NCBI GenBank assembly: GCA_964035575.1
Contig: OZ037833.1
Coordinates: forward strand, 1,488,001 to 1,552,000
Reading direction: 5' to 3'
DNA length: 64,000 bases
Source: Rhynchopus sp. YZ270_cl-10
Taxonomy: Eukaryota
Below, in pieces: positions 28,413-39,840 of the stretch. A program made the translations under genes and the position numbers. The notes beneath the pieces are model-generated. The model had not been told where the DNA came from and made no database searches. It saw only the letters and a list, made by a program, of their open reading frames with translations. Each line of letters starts with the position of its first letter. The stretch's first letter is position 1.

Positions 28413-30827
28413 TCACATACCAAAGCTGTTGTGGTCGTGCACCACTGAAGCTGCAACCAGATCCGCTTCGTGCACAGAGGGCTCGGCACCCGTCAGCTGG
28501 TTGTAGTTCACTTCAAGCAGCAGGAGCACGCGTCCAGGCGACACAGGTGCAAACGGGAAACTGCCCGAAAACTCGTTGTGTCCGAGCTTCAGCGTCTGGA
28601 TCTTCAGCCCTGCGTCCTGAAGGTTCGTCAGAGTGCCGGTCAGCATGTTGCGTGTCACGTCGATGTACGTGGCTGTGGGTGACAGGGACAGGTCCAGTCC
28701 ACCGCTCAGGAAGTTGTACTGGAAGTGTCCCGTCCACAGGTTCGGGTAGGCACGCAGAGATCCTGTCAGCTCGTTGTTGTTCACTAGAACGCGAATGCAG
28801 CTCTCGCACTCAGGGAGCGGGCCAGTGAACTTGTTGTTCTGTGCAATGAAGTTTATCAGGTCGGCAGGCAGGGAAGGGAACGGACCCTCCATGCTGTTGA
28901 AGCTTACGTCAATCTCGCGCATGCCGTCCAGGAAGTCTGGGAGCTCACCTGTAAGTCCAGCACTGCGTGCACCAACGTACCTCTTTGCAGTGGTGGCAGC
29001 GGAAGGCATCGGTCCGTTGATCTGCGTGAACGAGAAGTCAAGGTCCAGCAGAGATGCGGGGAGTGCAGCAAAGCCAGTGATCTGGGTGCCACGCACGTTC
29101 AACTCAACCATGCGCGTGAGGCGGGACAGGTCCGGAACAACTGCTGCCAGAGTTTCCGCATTTGCAAGGTTCAGGCGGAACACAAACTCTCCGTCGTAAC
29201 ACTCAACACCACCCCACACGCACGGGTCGTCGCCAGTCCAAGTGGAGAAGATGCCTCCGAGAGTCTCGTTGTACAGAGCGTCGCGCACAGCACTCAGGAT
29301 GTAGAACGCACACATGTGTCCGTGGCTGTCCGTCCATCCTGTTCCGTCTGTGCACACTGGAGTCGGGGAAGGTGTCGGCGGTGCGGAAGTGGGTGGTGCG
29401 GAAGTCGGGGGAGCGGATGTAGGCGGTGCCGATGTTGGCGGTGCGCTTGTCGGGGGTGCTGACGTAGGAGGTGCAGATGTTGCAGGGGCAGGTGTTGGTG
29501 GTGCTGATGTCGGGGGTGCGTTCAGGCACGGTGCACGTGCGTCCTTCTCGGTCATCACAAACTTCGAGAAGCTGACATGGTCCATGAAGTACTCACCACC
29601 ACGGCCCCAAGGAGACCCACCCAGGTGGTACTCACCAATAGCCATTCCACCGTACCTCGAGTTCTTGCGCAGGTCCATCGTCACCTCGTGGGAGAGAGCA
29701 AGCACACCATCAACCCACAGACGCAACACAGTCTCAGAAGCGGTGTACGTGAGCAGAACCTGCGACCACTTCCCAACCACAATGGTGGCAGAGCTCTTCT
29801 GGTTCAACTTCAGTGTGCGCACACTCAGAGAACCCTTCGAGTCAACCATAACCCACGCACCCCAGTTGCCGACGGAGCCATCAGTGTCCTTGAAGTTTCC
29901 ACCGATGGCAAACAGCGCACGGTTGGCAAGAGTCACGGGCTTCACATACCCACCGACAGAGAAGTCGACGTTACCAGTTGGGGCACCGTTCGAACTGCCA
30001 AGAGTGATGAAGTCGTTGGCCTTCATGTGGTACGAACTGCCACAGACAGCGTTGTCTCCTGAGCCAAGAAGGATTTTCTTGTCAGAGTTTGTCAGGCCAA
30101 ACTTGTCTGTCACCGTCGGTCCGTCCAGGGAGTACTGAGAGTAGATTCCCACACAAGGTGCCCGTGCCTCCGTTGAAGTCAACACAGTGTTTGCGAAGCT
30201 GACGTGGTCCATGAAGTACTCACCACCACGGCCCCAAGGAGACCCACCCAGGTGGTACTCACCAATAGCCATTCCACCGTACCTCGAGTTCTTGCGCAGG
30301 TCCATCGTCACCTCGTGGGAGAGAGCAAGCACGCCATCAACCCACAGACGCAACACAGTCTCAGAAGCGGTGTACGTGAGCAGAACCTGCGACCACTTCC
30401 CAACCACAATGGTGGCAGAGCTCTTCTGGTTCAACTTCAGTGTGCGCACACTCAGAGAACCCTTCGAGTCAACCATAACCCACGCACCCCAGTTGCCGAC
30501 GGAGCCATCGGTGTCCTTGAAGTTTCCACCGATGGCAAACAGCGCACGGTTGGCAAGAGTCACGGGCTTCACATACCCACCGACAGAGAAGTCGACGTTA
30601 CCAGTTGGGGCACCGTTCGAACTGCCAAGAGTGATGAAGTCGTTGGCCTTCATGTGGTACGAACTGCCACAGACAGCGTTGTCTCCTGAGCCAAGAAGGA
30701 TATTCTTGTCAGAGTTTGTCAGGCCAAACTTGTCTGTCACTGTCGGTTCGTCCAGGGAGTATTGCGAGTAAATCGCGCCGTGCGCAGTGGCGCACAGCAG
30801 AAGCGGTGCTAAGTTGCGGAGCATCAT
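28413..30827 (-). CDS. Secreted protein: 2x LamG/ConA-like domains, APPTS linker, leucine-rich repeats
   Basis: Signal peptide; two almost identical 209-aa units (GKWSQVLLTY..LWVDG); (APPTS)n; LRR cap WTGDDPCVWGGVEC followed by NxLTGxL repeats. Confidence 0.85.
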   Translation of the reverse strand: MMLRNLAPLLLCATAHGAIYSQYSLDEPTVTDKFGLTNSDKNILLGSGDNAVCGSSYHMKANDFITLGSSNGAPTGNVDFSVGGYVKPVTLANRALFAIGGNFKDTDGSVGNWGAWVMVDSKGSLSVRTLKLNQKSSATIVVGKWSQVLLTYTASETVLRLWVDGVLALSHEVTMDLRKNSRYGGMAIGEYHLGGSPWGRGGEYFMDHVSFANTVLTSTEARAPCVGIYSQYSLDGPTVTDKFGLTNSDKKILLGSGDNAVCGSSYHMKANDFITLGSSNGAPTGNVDFSVGGYVKPVTLANRALFAIGGNFKDTDGSVGNWGAWVMVDSKGSLSVRTLKLNQKSSATIVVGKWSQVLLTYTASETVLRLWVDGVLALSHEVTMDLRKNSRYGGMAIGEYHLGGSPWGRGGEYFMDHVSFSKFVMTEKDARAPCLNAPPTSAPPTPAPATSAPPTSAPPTSAPPTSAPPTSAPPTSAPPTSAPPTPSPTPVCTDGTGWTDSHGHMCAFYILSAVRDALYNETLGGIFSTWTGDDPCVWGGVECYDGEFVFRLNLANAETLAAVVPDLSRLTRMVELNVRGTQITGFAALPASLLDLDFSFTQINGPMPSAATTAKRYVGARSAGLTGELPDFLDGMREIDVSFNSMEGPFPSLPADLINFIAQNNKFTGPLPECESCIRVLVNNNELTGSLRAYPNLWTGHFQYNFLSGGLDLSLSPTATYIDVTRNMLTGTLTNLQDAGLKIQTLKLGHNEFSGSFPFAPVSPGRVLLLLEVNYNQLTGAEPSVHEADLVAASVVHDHNSFGM

Positions 30828-31644
30828 GGTTGTCTTGGTGCAGAACTTTGAGTTTTGGTGTATTACTAATCTGTTTACGGGTGGCGGTAGAGAGCAGTGT
30901 GGGTGTTGGTTGTATCAAAGAAACACTAATACTTTGTTGTTTTCGAGAAATTCTTTTGCAACGACATTTGAAGAAAAAAAACGAAAATAAACGCTGCAAG
31001 GCCACAGTCGAACCCTCGTGTCTGGCTAGTGTTTTGTTACGATAGAACAGCCAAGAACGGTGCTGTGCCCGGTAGGATAAAAAATCAAAACATCAAAAAC
31101 CATACGCGAAACTTGCACGAACCACCGAAATTTCAGGCGAGAATAGCGTTGATTTATGATTGCGTTTGTTAGTATTTAAAAAAAATGCTTGCAAGAAGGA
31201 CAAGGAACTAAAGCAAAAACGAGCGCCAAACAAAATGCACGAGGGAAAAGGAAACAACTACCAAAAAAACAAAAACCCGCACCACACCCACCCGAAGGCA
31301 GCGCAGTACGCCACAGCAGCATCACCAGCACGCAGCTTTGTTGTGTGTGTCCGCAAACAAAATCATGCAAAGCCACCTCAGGATAGTGAAGACCACTCGT
31401 GTGGCAGCTGCACTACACCCAACGAGGTCATCACATGAAAAGTGGATTGAGTTGAAACATATAATTCTGCTGGACACACACACACACACACACGCTGCAC
31501 TCATCTGGGAGGCTGCGGCATATGTTCTTGTACCATATCACCTTTTGCATGTTCTTACAACATGGATTGCCGTTGTTGTTTTCTTATGCTGGTCATCTGC
31601 AAACTATCAGACAGGGTGTCGCCAGATGCACAGACAAGAACAAA

Positions 31645-32060
31645 TCACATCATCTCCTCCAAAACAGCTGCAACATCTCCATTGTGTCTCTCAAGCACAG
31701 CACGCACGTCTGCAGTGACGTCGAACCCCATGTTCCGCAGGGCAGTCACACCCTCACTGTCCTCCTCGCGCACAACTGCTGCCACCTCCTTCTTCTGCAC
31801 AGCAACCACAACCACATCCTCGTCGTCCTCCACCTGCTGCACGTCCTCCTCCGCTGCCATCTGCATCTTCTCTCGCAACGTGCAGTTACATTCGTCTCCT
31901 CTCCATAAGACCCGAGGAGTATCTATTATGCCAGGACACCAGCATTTTTTAGTGCTCCCACCAGTAATGGAGATACATTTCTGCTTGCCCTTGCACTGCC
32001 AATCTCCGGAGCAACTCGAACTGTCCACAGCATCGCCAAACCCACAAGGGTGCGCAACAT
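31645..32060 (-). pseudogene. Chimeric frameshifted copy: EGF-family N-terminus fused to an acidic linker and UBA-like domain
   Basis: ATG..MLRTLVGLAMLWTV, then a frameshift into CKGKQKC..CWCPG..CNC, ending ALRNMGFDVTADVRAVLERHNGDVAAVLEEMM (MGF-type UBA motif). Confidence 0.7.
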
Positions 32061-33905
32061 CGTGTGCCGCTTTCCAAGTACAAGAAAAAAACTGTTGAAT
32101 CTGTGATATAAAGGTGTGTGTGGTAGGTACGAACTAAAAACTCAAAAAACGGTCACTGCACAGTGCCACGAGGCATGATGTCCATTTCAATGTGTTTGGA
32201 ACACAAGAACTTCTCCTTTGCACTTCTGCCGCTCCTCCAATACCAACTCCGAATCATGTTCCAACCTTGCGCGTGTCAAGTGCCCCTTAGGCTAGAGTGG
32301 TGCCAAGTCGTGGGACAAGAAGGAGCTGTGTCTCTCTGGAATGTGTGGTTGGGCGGTTGATGCCTAGTGAGGGTACTTCTTGCGCAGAATATGGCCATTT
32401 GTGGTTGAGTGGGGGCGTAGGGAAGTAGCTAACAAAGTATCCAGTTCTTTTGTCGTTTGTCACACATTCAAACATTATAGGGGAAGTTTGAATCAATGGG
32501 CAATGAACGAAAAATGTGAGTTTCGAACAAGACACACCTCCCGCCCTTCAAGCAACGCAAGAGAGCACGCTAAGTGAGACTTAGGGGGCGCCTTGCTCAA
32601 CTGAAGGGGGCATCCCGTCCTGCTTGCATCATGCTCAAAAAATAACAATAAAAAGCACTAGGATGGTACCGAAGTGCGCGAAGGGACATGAGTGGAACAC
32701 CCATGTCCCGATTTCAATACTTTTCCTTCCTTCACCCTGTGACCTACAGGGGTGAAGGATTGTGTGGGAAATTGTGCTGGGGAATGGGACTGAGGGTGAA
32801 CAACAAAAAATAAGAAAGGAGCGATAGTGGCTGGTCGTGTGCAATGCAAACTAACGGCTGTTGATATGACACTATTGAGTGATTGACACAGACGCGAGAC
32901 ACTTCCCTACTTTACAGTAATAAAAATATACAAAAAGGGTGCTCCTGAAATAAAAAATATCAAGTACGTAACAAGTACGCAATATAGGGTATTCCTGTAT
33001 TTTTTTCGTGCACAAAGTGCGCAACAAGTACGCAAAATGGGGTTATCAGGAGCACCAAAAAAGTGGGGAAAAAGAAGGGGGAAAAAAAAACAATGATAGG
33101 ATCTGTTCGCGAAGTACCTCTGCACTCTTCTTTCTAACTGAGAAATCTGAGACATTAGTAACTCTCCGAGAACTGATAACCAAGCACCACAGTGAGTGGC
33201 GCATGTAGAGAGAGGGGAAACGAACACAAGTAAGGGGTGGCACACTTGCATGAGTAATAATAGGGAAACAAGGGTTGAGATATCATGAAAGGCAGTTGAG
33301 GCAGTTGCAATGGAGGGGTGACACGCATGCCATCTGTGGTGGTAGGAGTCCCCGACAGAGAGAGAGAGAGAGAGCACACCTGCATTCTCCTCGGCTTCAC
33401 CACCACCACGATGCGGGTGTCGTCCACCACCGCAAGCCCGTCCGCCACAACAAAAGAAATAAGAAATAAGAAAGGAGCGATAGTGGCTGGTCGTGGGCGC
33501 TCGTGTGCAATGCAAACTACGGCTGTAGATGTGGCACTATTGAGTGATTGACACAGACGCGAGACACTTCCCTACTTTACAAAGTAATAAAATATACAAA
33601 AAGTGAAACGGGAAAAACAAGGGGGGGGGGAAAAAGGCAACAATGATAGGATCTGTTCGCGAAGTACCTCTGCACTCTTCTTTCTAACTGAGAAATCTGA
33701 GACATTAGTAACTCTCCGAGAACTGATAACCAAGCACCACAGTGAGTGGCGCATGTAGAGAGAGGGGAAACGTTTTGTTTTTGTTTTTTTTTTCTCTTCC
33801 AAAATTTAGTCGAAATTAGATATTCGTGGTGTGGGCGCAACGTGACGCAACGTGGGTCCGGATGGGGTTGAAAAAGCGGTACATTATAATCAGACTAAAA
33901 AATTT
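32031..33905. repeat. Segmental duplication, copy A of the EGF-gene upstream block (copy B about 42100-43975)
   Basis: Near-identical ~1.9-kb blocks; the ORF track gives identical spurious peptides in both. Confidence 0.93.
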
Positions 33906-34009
33906 AAATTTAAAAAAAAATAATAATAATGCAGTGCGATCAATAACTAATCTTCTAGAGAATTATTATATTCCCGACGAAAATAAGGCGCATCACAGAT
34001 GTATATGAG

Positions 34010-34132
34010 CAGGGCGTTCGCCACGGGGCGAAAAAAATTTTTTTTCGTTAAATTAATTTTTTTCTAAAAAAATTACTTTTTATTTCGCCCCAGGGCTTCG
34101 CCCCACCGGGGCGAAGCCCTTAATAAAATAAA

Positions 34133-34165
<33 letters not shown>

Positions 34166-37100
34166 AAAAAAAAAAAGGGGGGGCGAACTCTGCCGACCCC
34201 CCCGGAGGGGGGGTCGGCAGGGTTTTTTGGGGTGATTTTTTACTTGTGTGCTGCCTATAAGTCAAATGTATATGTGTATACATTTGACTTTCACCCTAAA
34301 AAAAAAAATAAAATAAAAAAAAAATAGTGGAGCACACTCTAGGGTGGCTACACTACCAAGTTTTCAAAAAAAAAAAAAACAAAAAAAAAACAGATGCCTC
34401 CCCACCACCCTACTTTTTGTATTGCTTGTTTCCACTGTACTCAAAATCCTAAAAAACCTTAGTTTTTTAGTCTTTACTATAGAGATGTGCGCCACCCACA
34501 CCCACACACACTACCCACCCCCTCACCACCAGAGGGGATTTGACCAAAAAATCGATTTTTTTAAATAAATCATCCGCAAACCTGCCCGCAACAGTCTTTT
34601 AATAAAAATGGGGCCAAAGCAGCAGACCCTGTGGGGAAGGGCGGTGAGGGCACCCACCATTAACCGCAACTATGCGGGGTGGAAGAGGAAGGAGGCAGAA
34701 GCACAGTTTGTGCTGCGCGGCCTGGACTTCGGTCCCCCCTCAGGCCCGGACTACCTGACGCTCTCCGCTCTCCGCCGCATCGCAACCGACTTCGACAACA
34801 ACCAGCAGCCAGCAGCCCCTGCACCAGCAGCAGTTCAACCAGCAGCACTCACTCCAGTCCCTCAACCAACAGCCCCTGCAGCAGCAGCAGCAGCCGTGAC
34901 ACCGACAACCGGGAAGAGGAGCAGCAGCAGGGCCCGGTCACAGGGTACGAAGCGTGCCCGCGTGGAGGCACCTCCCCTCACGGACATCGTGTGGGACGAT
35001 GGGGATGACTTCGGAGGGACGGAGCCCGAAGCACGCATCCCCGTCGTGATCGACATTGTGTCAGACGAGGAGGAAGGAGGAGAAGACGCCAGTCCCAAGC
35101 TCAAGGTAATGGGTGTTAACGTGGCCACGCTTGAGCGCCACAAGTCCACGTGGCCTTGGCTGAAGTGGGCCGACGGTCGCGTGTTCTGCGCTAACTGCGC
35201 ATACGTGTTCACGAACGCGACGCAGTTCAAGCGCGACTTCGGGAGACACGCCCAAGAAGAAGGACACCTCAGCAGCGGCAGCCTCGCCACTCTTATGGCA
35301 AAGAACGCAGAAGAGACCGCTCGTCAGTCCCGTGAGAACATGACCACCCTGGTGAAGACCATATTTCACTGCGTCAAGATAGGCATTCCGGTCAGCAAGC
35401 TGCTGAAACACCTCTCCTTTTTTGTCGATGAGCTGCAGTGTAAGAGGATGCGTGAGTGGCTGGCGGGTGATGTGCACTACTTCTCTGCCCAATCCATCAC
35501 TGAGTGGATGAAGGCAATCGGGGAGACGTTGTTGTCGGGCATTGCCGCCGATGCAGTGACAAGTGGAAGGGTTGGCCTGATCGCGGACTCGACGAAGGAT
35601 GTGGCCCGGAAGGAACAGTGTGTCATCGTTCTCCGCTTTGTACATGATAGTGAACCACAGGAGCGACTCGTGGACATGAGCGAGATCCGGGACAGATCGG
35701 CACAGGGATATTCCACCCACATCCGCAAGATCGTTGACAAGTTGGGTTTGCGGTTTCACGACGCCGCTGAGGTGTCAGATAACCCCAACGTCTGGTTCGA
35801 CGGGGTTGCGTTGGATGGAGCAGCCAACATGCTCGGCAAACATGCAGGTCTGGCAAAGCAGCTCCGGTACTGGTGGGGTCCGTCGGCGATAGAGATGTGG
35901 TGCCATTGCCACCTCTTGAACCTTGCATGCGGTGACGCTGCAAAGGAGGTGCCAAGTGTCGACCGTTTTCTCAACTTATTGCGTTCTGTCTGGGTATTTT
36001 TGTACACGCACAACAAACACCATGAAGGGTTCCGTGAGATGCTGAGGGAATTGAGTGATGTGATCAACCAAGACGAGCTGGCTGCCCCCACCGAGACCCG
36101 CTGGTTGACTCAGGGGAACGCTGTCCACACACTCAACTCCCAACTCCCTGTGCTGATTGCGTACCTCAAAAAAGTGGAGCACTTGGGACCGACAGAGCAG
36201 TCACTTTTGAAGCAACTGAGTGACCGGAGCTTCTTCGGGATGGTGGCGATGCTCGACACCATGTTGGGCTTGCTCAACGGGCTGTCGATGGATTTACAGG
36301 CCAAGGACTTAAACATCCTTGAGACCTGTGCTTACATCCAGAGCACGATTGCCAAGTTCCGCATGCTGCAGGACACGGCAAGCGCCTACGGCGCGTACCA
36401 CACGTTCCCTGGTCGGTACCAGGACGTGTTTCCGCACCAGCAAGTGAACAAAACAAACACGCTTGCCTTGTTCCACGAAACTGTGGGGGCGCCTTACTGT
36501 GGCGCCGTCATCAAGACGCTGGAACAGCGATTCTCCAACAACAAGGAGATCGCGCAGTTCGCCGTCTTCGACGTGCGGAACTGGACGGCGGACCAGGCGT
36601 ACGGTGAAGAGCAGATCAGCGCGATAGAGAAGCGCTACTGCTCGGGCACTCATATCCACTTCAAACAGTTCAACAAGATTGATAACACCTCCTATCCGCA
36701 GTACTCTTCAACCGAATACACCGAGAGGGCGAGGACTGGGCGCGCAGTGTTGGACGGAGGACAAGGTGCCCTGGCTTTGGAATGGCGGTGTCTGCGGATC
36801 GTACTACGTGAGAGGAAGTTACCCCAGCACTCCCGCTCCCTCCTCAAGTTCCTGCAGTCTGCTGAAGGTGCCCCGTTCCCCCTGTTACGGAAGGTATCAC
36901 TGCTCGTGTCAACGCTACCTTCAACCTCGGTGGAGGCAGAGAGGCGTTTTAGTTTATTGAAAATAATCAAAACAAGATTGAAGTCTCACATGACGGATGA
37001 CTCTCTTTTGTACATCTGTTTGATAAAACAGCACAGAGACACCCTCAGTGACGGGGAGATTGAAGAAATTCTCCGGCGTTTTACTGCTGTTCGTAACAGA

Positions 37101-37334
37101 AAAGTTCAGCTGTGATAGCACTTTGTTTTGGGGGGGCAAGGGTGGGGGGATCACGCGCGAATCGCATTTTTTTTATCATCTATCAGTATCAGGGATTCAC
37201 CCCCACGAACTAGCTTCTCCGGCGGGAAAAATTTTTTTTTGACCTATTTTAAGCACTAGTAAAAAAACATAATTTCAGGGATTTTGGCATTTCGCCACGA
37301 TCCTGAAAAACCGAGGGCGATAGCGAACGCCCTG
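34010..37334 (+). mobile_element. Autonomous hAT DNA transposon, TIR CAGGGCGTTCGC, 8-bp TSD TATATGAG
   Basis: TSD at 34002-34009 and 37335-37342; perfect 12-bp TIRs; empty site at 45113-45120 in the paralogous segment. Confidence 0.95.
34608..37115 (+). CDS. hAT transposase (ZNF862/DUF4371-like with C-terminal dimerisation domain)
   Basis: IADSTKD, LDGAANM, CHCHLLNL (CxxH), TETRW, PSTSVEAERRFS; uninterrupted 835 aa. Confidence 0.93.
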   Translation: MGPKQQTLWGRAVRAPTINRNYAGWKRKEAEAQFVLRGLDFGPPSGPDYLTLSALRRIATDFDNNQQPAAPAPAAVQPAALTPVPQPTAPAAAAAAVTPTTGKRSSSRARSQGTKRARVEAPPLTDIVWDDGDDFGGTEPEARIPVVIDIVSDEEEGGEDASPKLKVMGVNVATLERHKSTWPWLKWADGRVFCANCAYVFTNATQFKRDFGRHAQEEGHLSSGSLATLMAKNAEETARQSRENMTTLVKTIFHCVKIGIPVSKLLKHLSFFVDELQCKRMREWLAGDVHYFSAQSITEWMKAIGETLLSGIAADAVTSGRVGLIADSTKDVARKEQCVIVLRFVHDSEPQERLVDMSEIRDRSAQGYSTHIRKIVDKLGLRFHDAAEVSDNPNVWFDGVALDGAANMLGKHAGLAKQLRYWWGPSAIEMWCHCHLLNLACGDAAKEVPSVDRFLNLLRSVWVFLYTHNKHHEGFREMLRELSDVINQDELAAPTETRWLTQGNAVHTLNSQLPVLIAYLKKVEHLGPTEQSLLKQLSDRSFFGMVAMLDTMLGLLNGLSMDLQAKDLNILETCAYIQSTIAKFRMLQDTASAYGAYHTFPGRYQDVFPHQQVNKTNTLALFHETVGAPYCGAVIKTLEQRFSNNKEIAQFAVFDVRNWTADQAYGEEQISAIEKRYCSGTHIHFKQFNKIDNTSYPQYSSTEYTERARTGRAVLDGGQGALALEWRCLRIVLRERKLPQHSRSLLKFLQSAEGAPFPLLRKVSLLVSTLPSTSVEAERRFSLLKIIKTRLKSHMTDDSLLYICLIKQHRDTLSDGEIEEILRRFTAVRNRKVQL

Positions 37335-39840
37335 TATATGAGGGGAAAAAATAAGGTACCTGAGGGGCAACCGTTGCACAAAGTCGCTTGTTGCGTTGCC
37401 TGAGGCACAGCAGAAAAAAAGAGACAGAGGTATTGAAGATTGAATACAACATCTTGCAATAAAACAGGAGGGGGAAGGGGAGCACACGAAAATTTGTAAC
37501 ACACAAGAGGAATTCTGACCATGTTCATTCTGAGATTGCAAACACAGCACAATAGGTTTGTGACCCAATCTAGAAAATTGTGTGGCAGACTGAGCACGCA
37601 AAAAGGTGGTGGAGCGGAAGCTGGGTAGAAAAAAAAAGGAGGGACATTTGAAGATCCCCATAAATGGAAAGGTTGAAAATCAAGGATAAATTAGGCAGCT
37701 TTTGGGGTGACAGCCTAAAAAACCAAGATGTCTTTTACCTTTTTGGCGAAGGAATTCTGCACTTTTTGACCACAGCATGTTGTCAGTTTTCAGGCAATAA
37801 GAAAGAAGGCAAAGGCAATTGTGCTGTCCAAAACGCCACACTTAGAGTCTACAAATAATAGGCCTACACAATCCTTTAGAAAAATGTTTTGGAAATAACT
37901 ACACATCTGTGGAACAAACAGCGTGTCGCACACTGCATTGACCACAAACAAGTTGTAATAGAAATGTGTGGTGGCAAGCTCAAGCCTGGCACCACACTCC
38001 TTTCCATGATATTTTTTACCAAAGAAGAGAAAGCACAACAATTGAAGAAAAAATATGGTAAAATGTTACTTCGGGGGCCGCCCATGGTGGGGGTGGCTGC
38101 AGTAAATAATAACGCAAGATAAAATATTTGTGGCACGCTTTGCTTCCGTTCTGAATTCTGCCAGCAGACTTCAGGCATCTCTCATCACCCTCACTGTGGA
38201 ATAACGACAGGCGGAATGGGCATAACAGATGCATCAGGCACAGAACACGTGCTCACACTCAGATGACGGATCGCACCGTCCCACTTACCATCATCCCCTG
38301 ACGAGTGGCTCCCCCGCACGTAGTTCTTCACGCGAGTACCAAACTCAGGCAGCGCCACCCCACTCACCTGCGTCACCGGTTCGTTGTTGTGGTAGATCGT
38401 CGCCACTCCGTCCTTTGTCAACGTGAACGCCACCCACGTCCATGCGTCCTCATCTTCAGGCAGTGCGACGCGCGAGTTTACATCCCGCGTGTCGTTCTGT
38501 GTGATGCACGTCTCAAACGGGTGCGACTCAAAGCTCAGCTTCTTCGAGACGCTTCTCTGCCCGAACACGACGCTCCCCTTCGCAGCACCGTTCCCAAAGT
38601 CGATGATGCTGGCCCACTTCGTTGCATTCCGCATCTGCACAAGTGCCTCAATCATGATGGCTCCGTCACCAAACGTCAGCGGGCCAACATCGCTGCCCCC
38701 TGGAGGCACGTCATCGACCTGCACGATCCGCCCCAGCACCTCCCCAGGCACACACGGGTGCTTCGCTTTCGGGAGGTTGAAGTGCCACTCAGAGGGGAGC
38801 ACAGGCGAGTGCACGAAGCAGGTGCTGAAGGTAAGGTACTCGATGTCTCCGTCCCAGCCATCTCCCCTTCTCTTCTTCGGTGTCCTCACGTAGTTCTTCA
38901 CACGTGTACCAAACTCAGGCAACACCACCCCACTCACCTGGATCACCGGTTCGTTGTTGTGGTACATTGTCGCCACCCCTTCCTTAGTCAGTGTGAACGC
39001 CACCCACGTCCACACGTCCTCGTCCTCAGGCAATGCGACAGATGAGTTCACCCGCCTCCCCTGTGCTGTGCTGCACGCATCGAAGGAATGTGTCTCAAAG
39101 CCCAGCTTCTTCGACAGCCTTCTCTGCCCGAACACGACGCTCCCCTTTGCACCGTTCCCAAAGTCGACGATACGTGCCCAATTCGTTGCACTCCGCATCC
39201 GCACACGTGCCTCAATCATGATGGCTTCGTCGCCAAACGTCAGCGGGCCAACGTTCTCAGGTGTCAGCACCTCACGCAACTCTACAAGCCTGCCAAGTGC
39301 CTTCCCAGCTGCACAGGGGTGCTTGTCTGACGGGAGGTGGTACGCCCACGCGGACTCTGCAAGGGCCGGTGTGTGTTTCCCCTCACGCTGACGCATCTGC
39401 TCTGCCGTCGAGCACTCACCCCGGCTGTTGCAGTAGGGGCTCTCTTCAGGACAGTCCTCTGACGTGCATCGGGTCGCGCACGCATCTGCAGCCGCTACGC
39501 CCGGCCCAGGAAGTGGGTAGTAGTGTGGCTGGCAGAGGCTGCACGTCTGCGACACGTGGTCAGGTGTCATCGTCTCGCTCGGGCAGAAGCAGGACTTCTC
39601 GCTCCCCTGCTCCTTGAACATGAGCGAGTCAAGCACATCGGCGCAGTCATCACTCCCAGGCACGTGGTGCAAACACGCCTCAAACAGGCACTGCGCATAC
39701 CACGTACCACATGCCTTCCCTGGAGCGCAGCACTCAAGGGCATGTTCCCTTGCAGCATCCGAAGGGCAGTTTCTCAGCTCCTCTGCCACCGTGGGAATGG
39801 TGATTGTTGCCTCATCAGTGTTCAACACAGCTGCAGAACG
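37335..39840. repeat. Segmental duplication (copy at about 45113-47625) covering the 3' flank and C-terminal half of the EGF genes
   Basis: Near-identical sequence in both copies. Confidence 0.93.
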
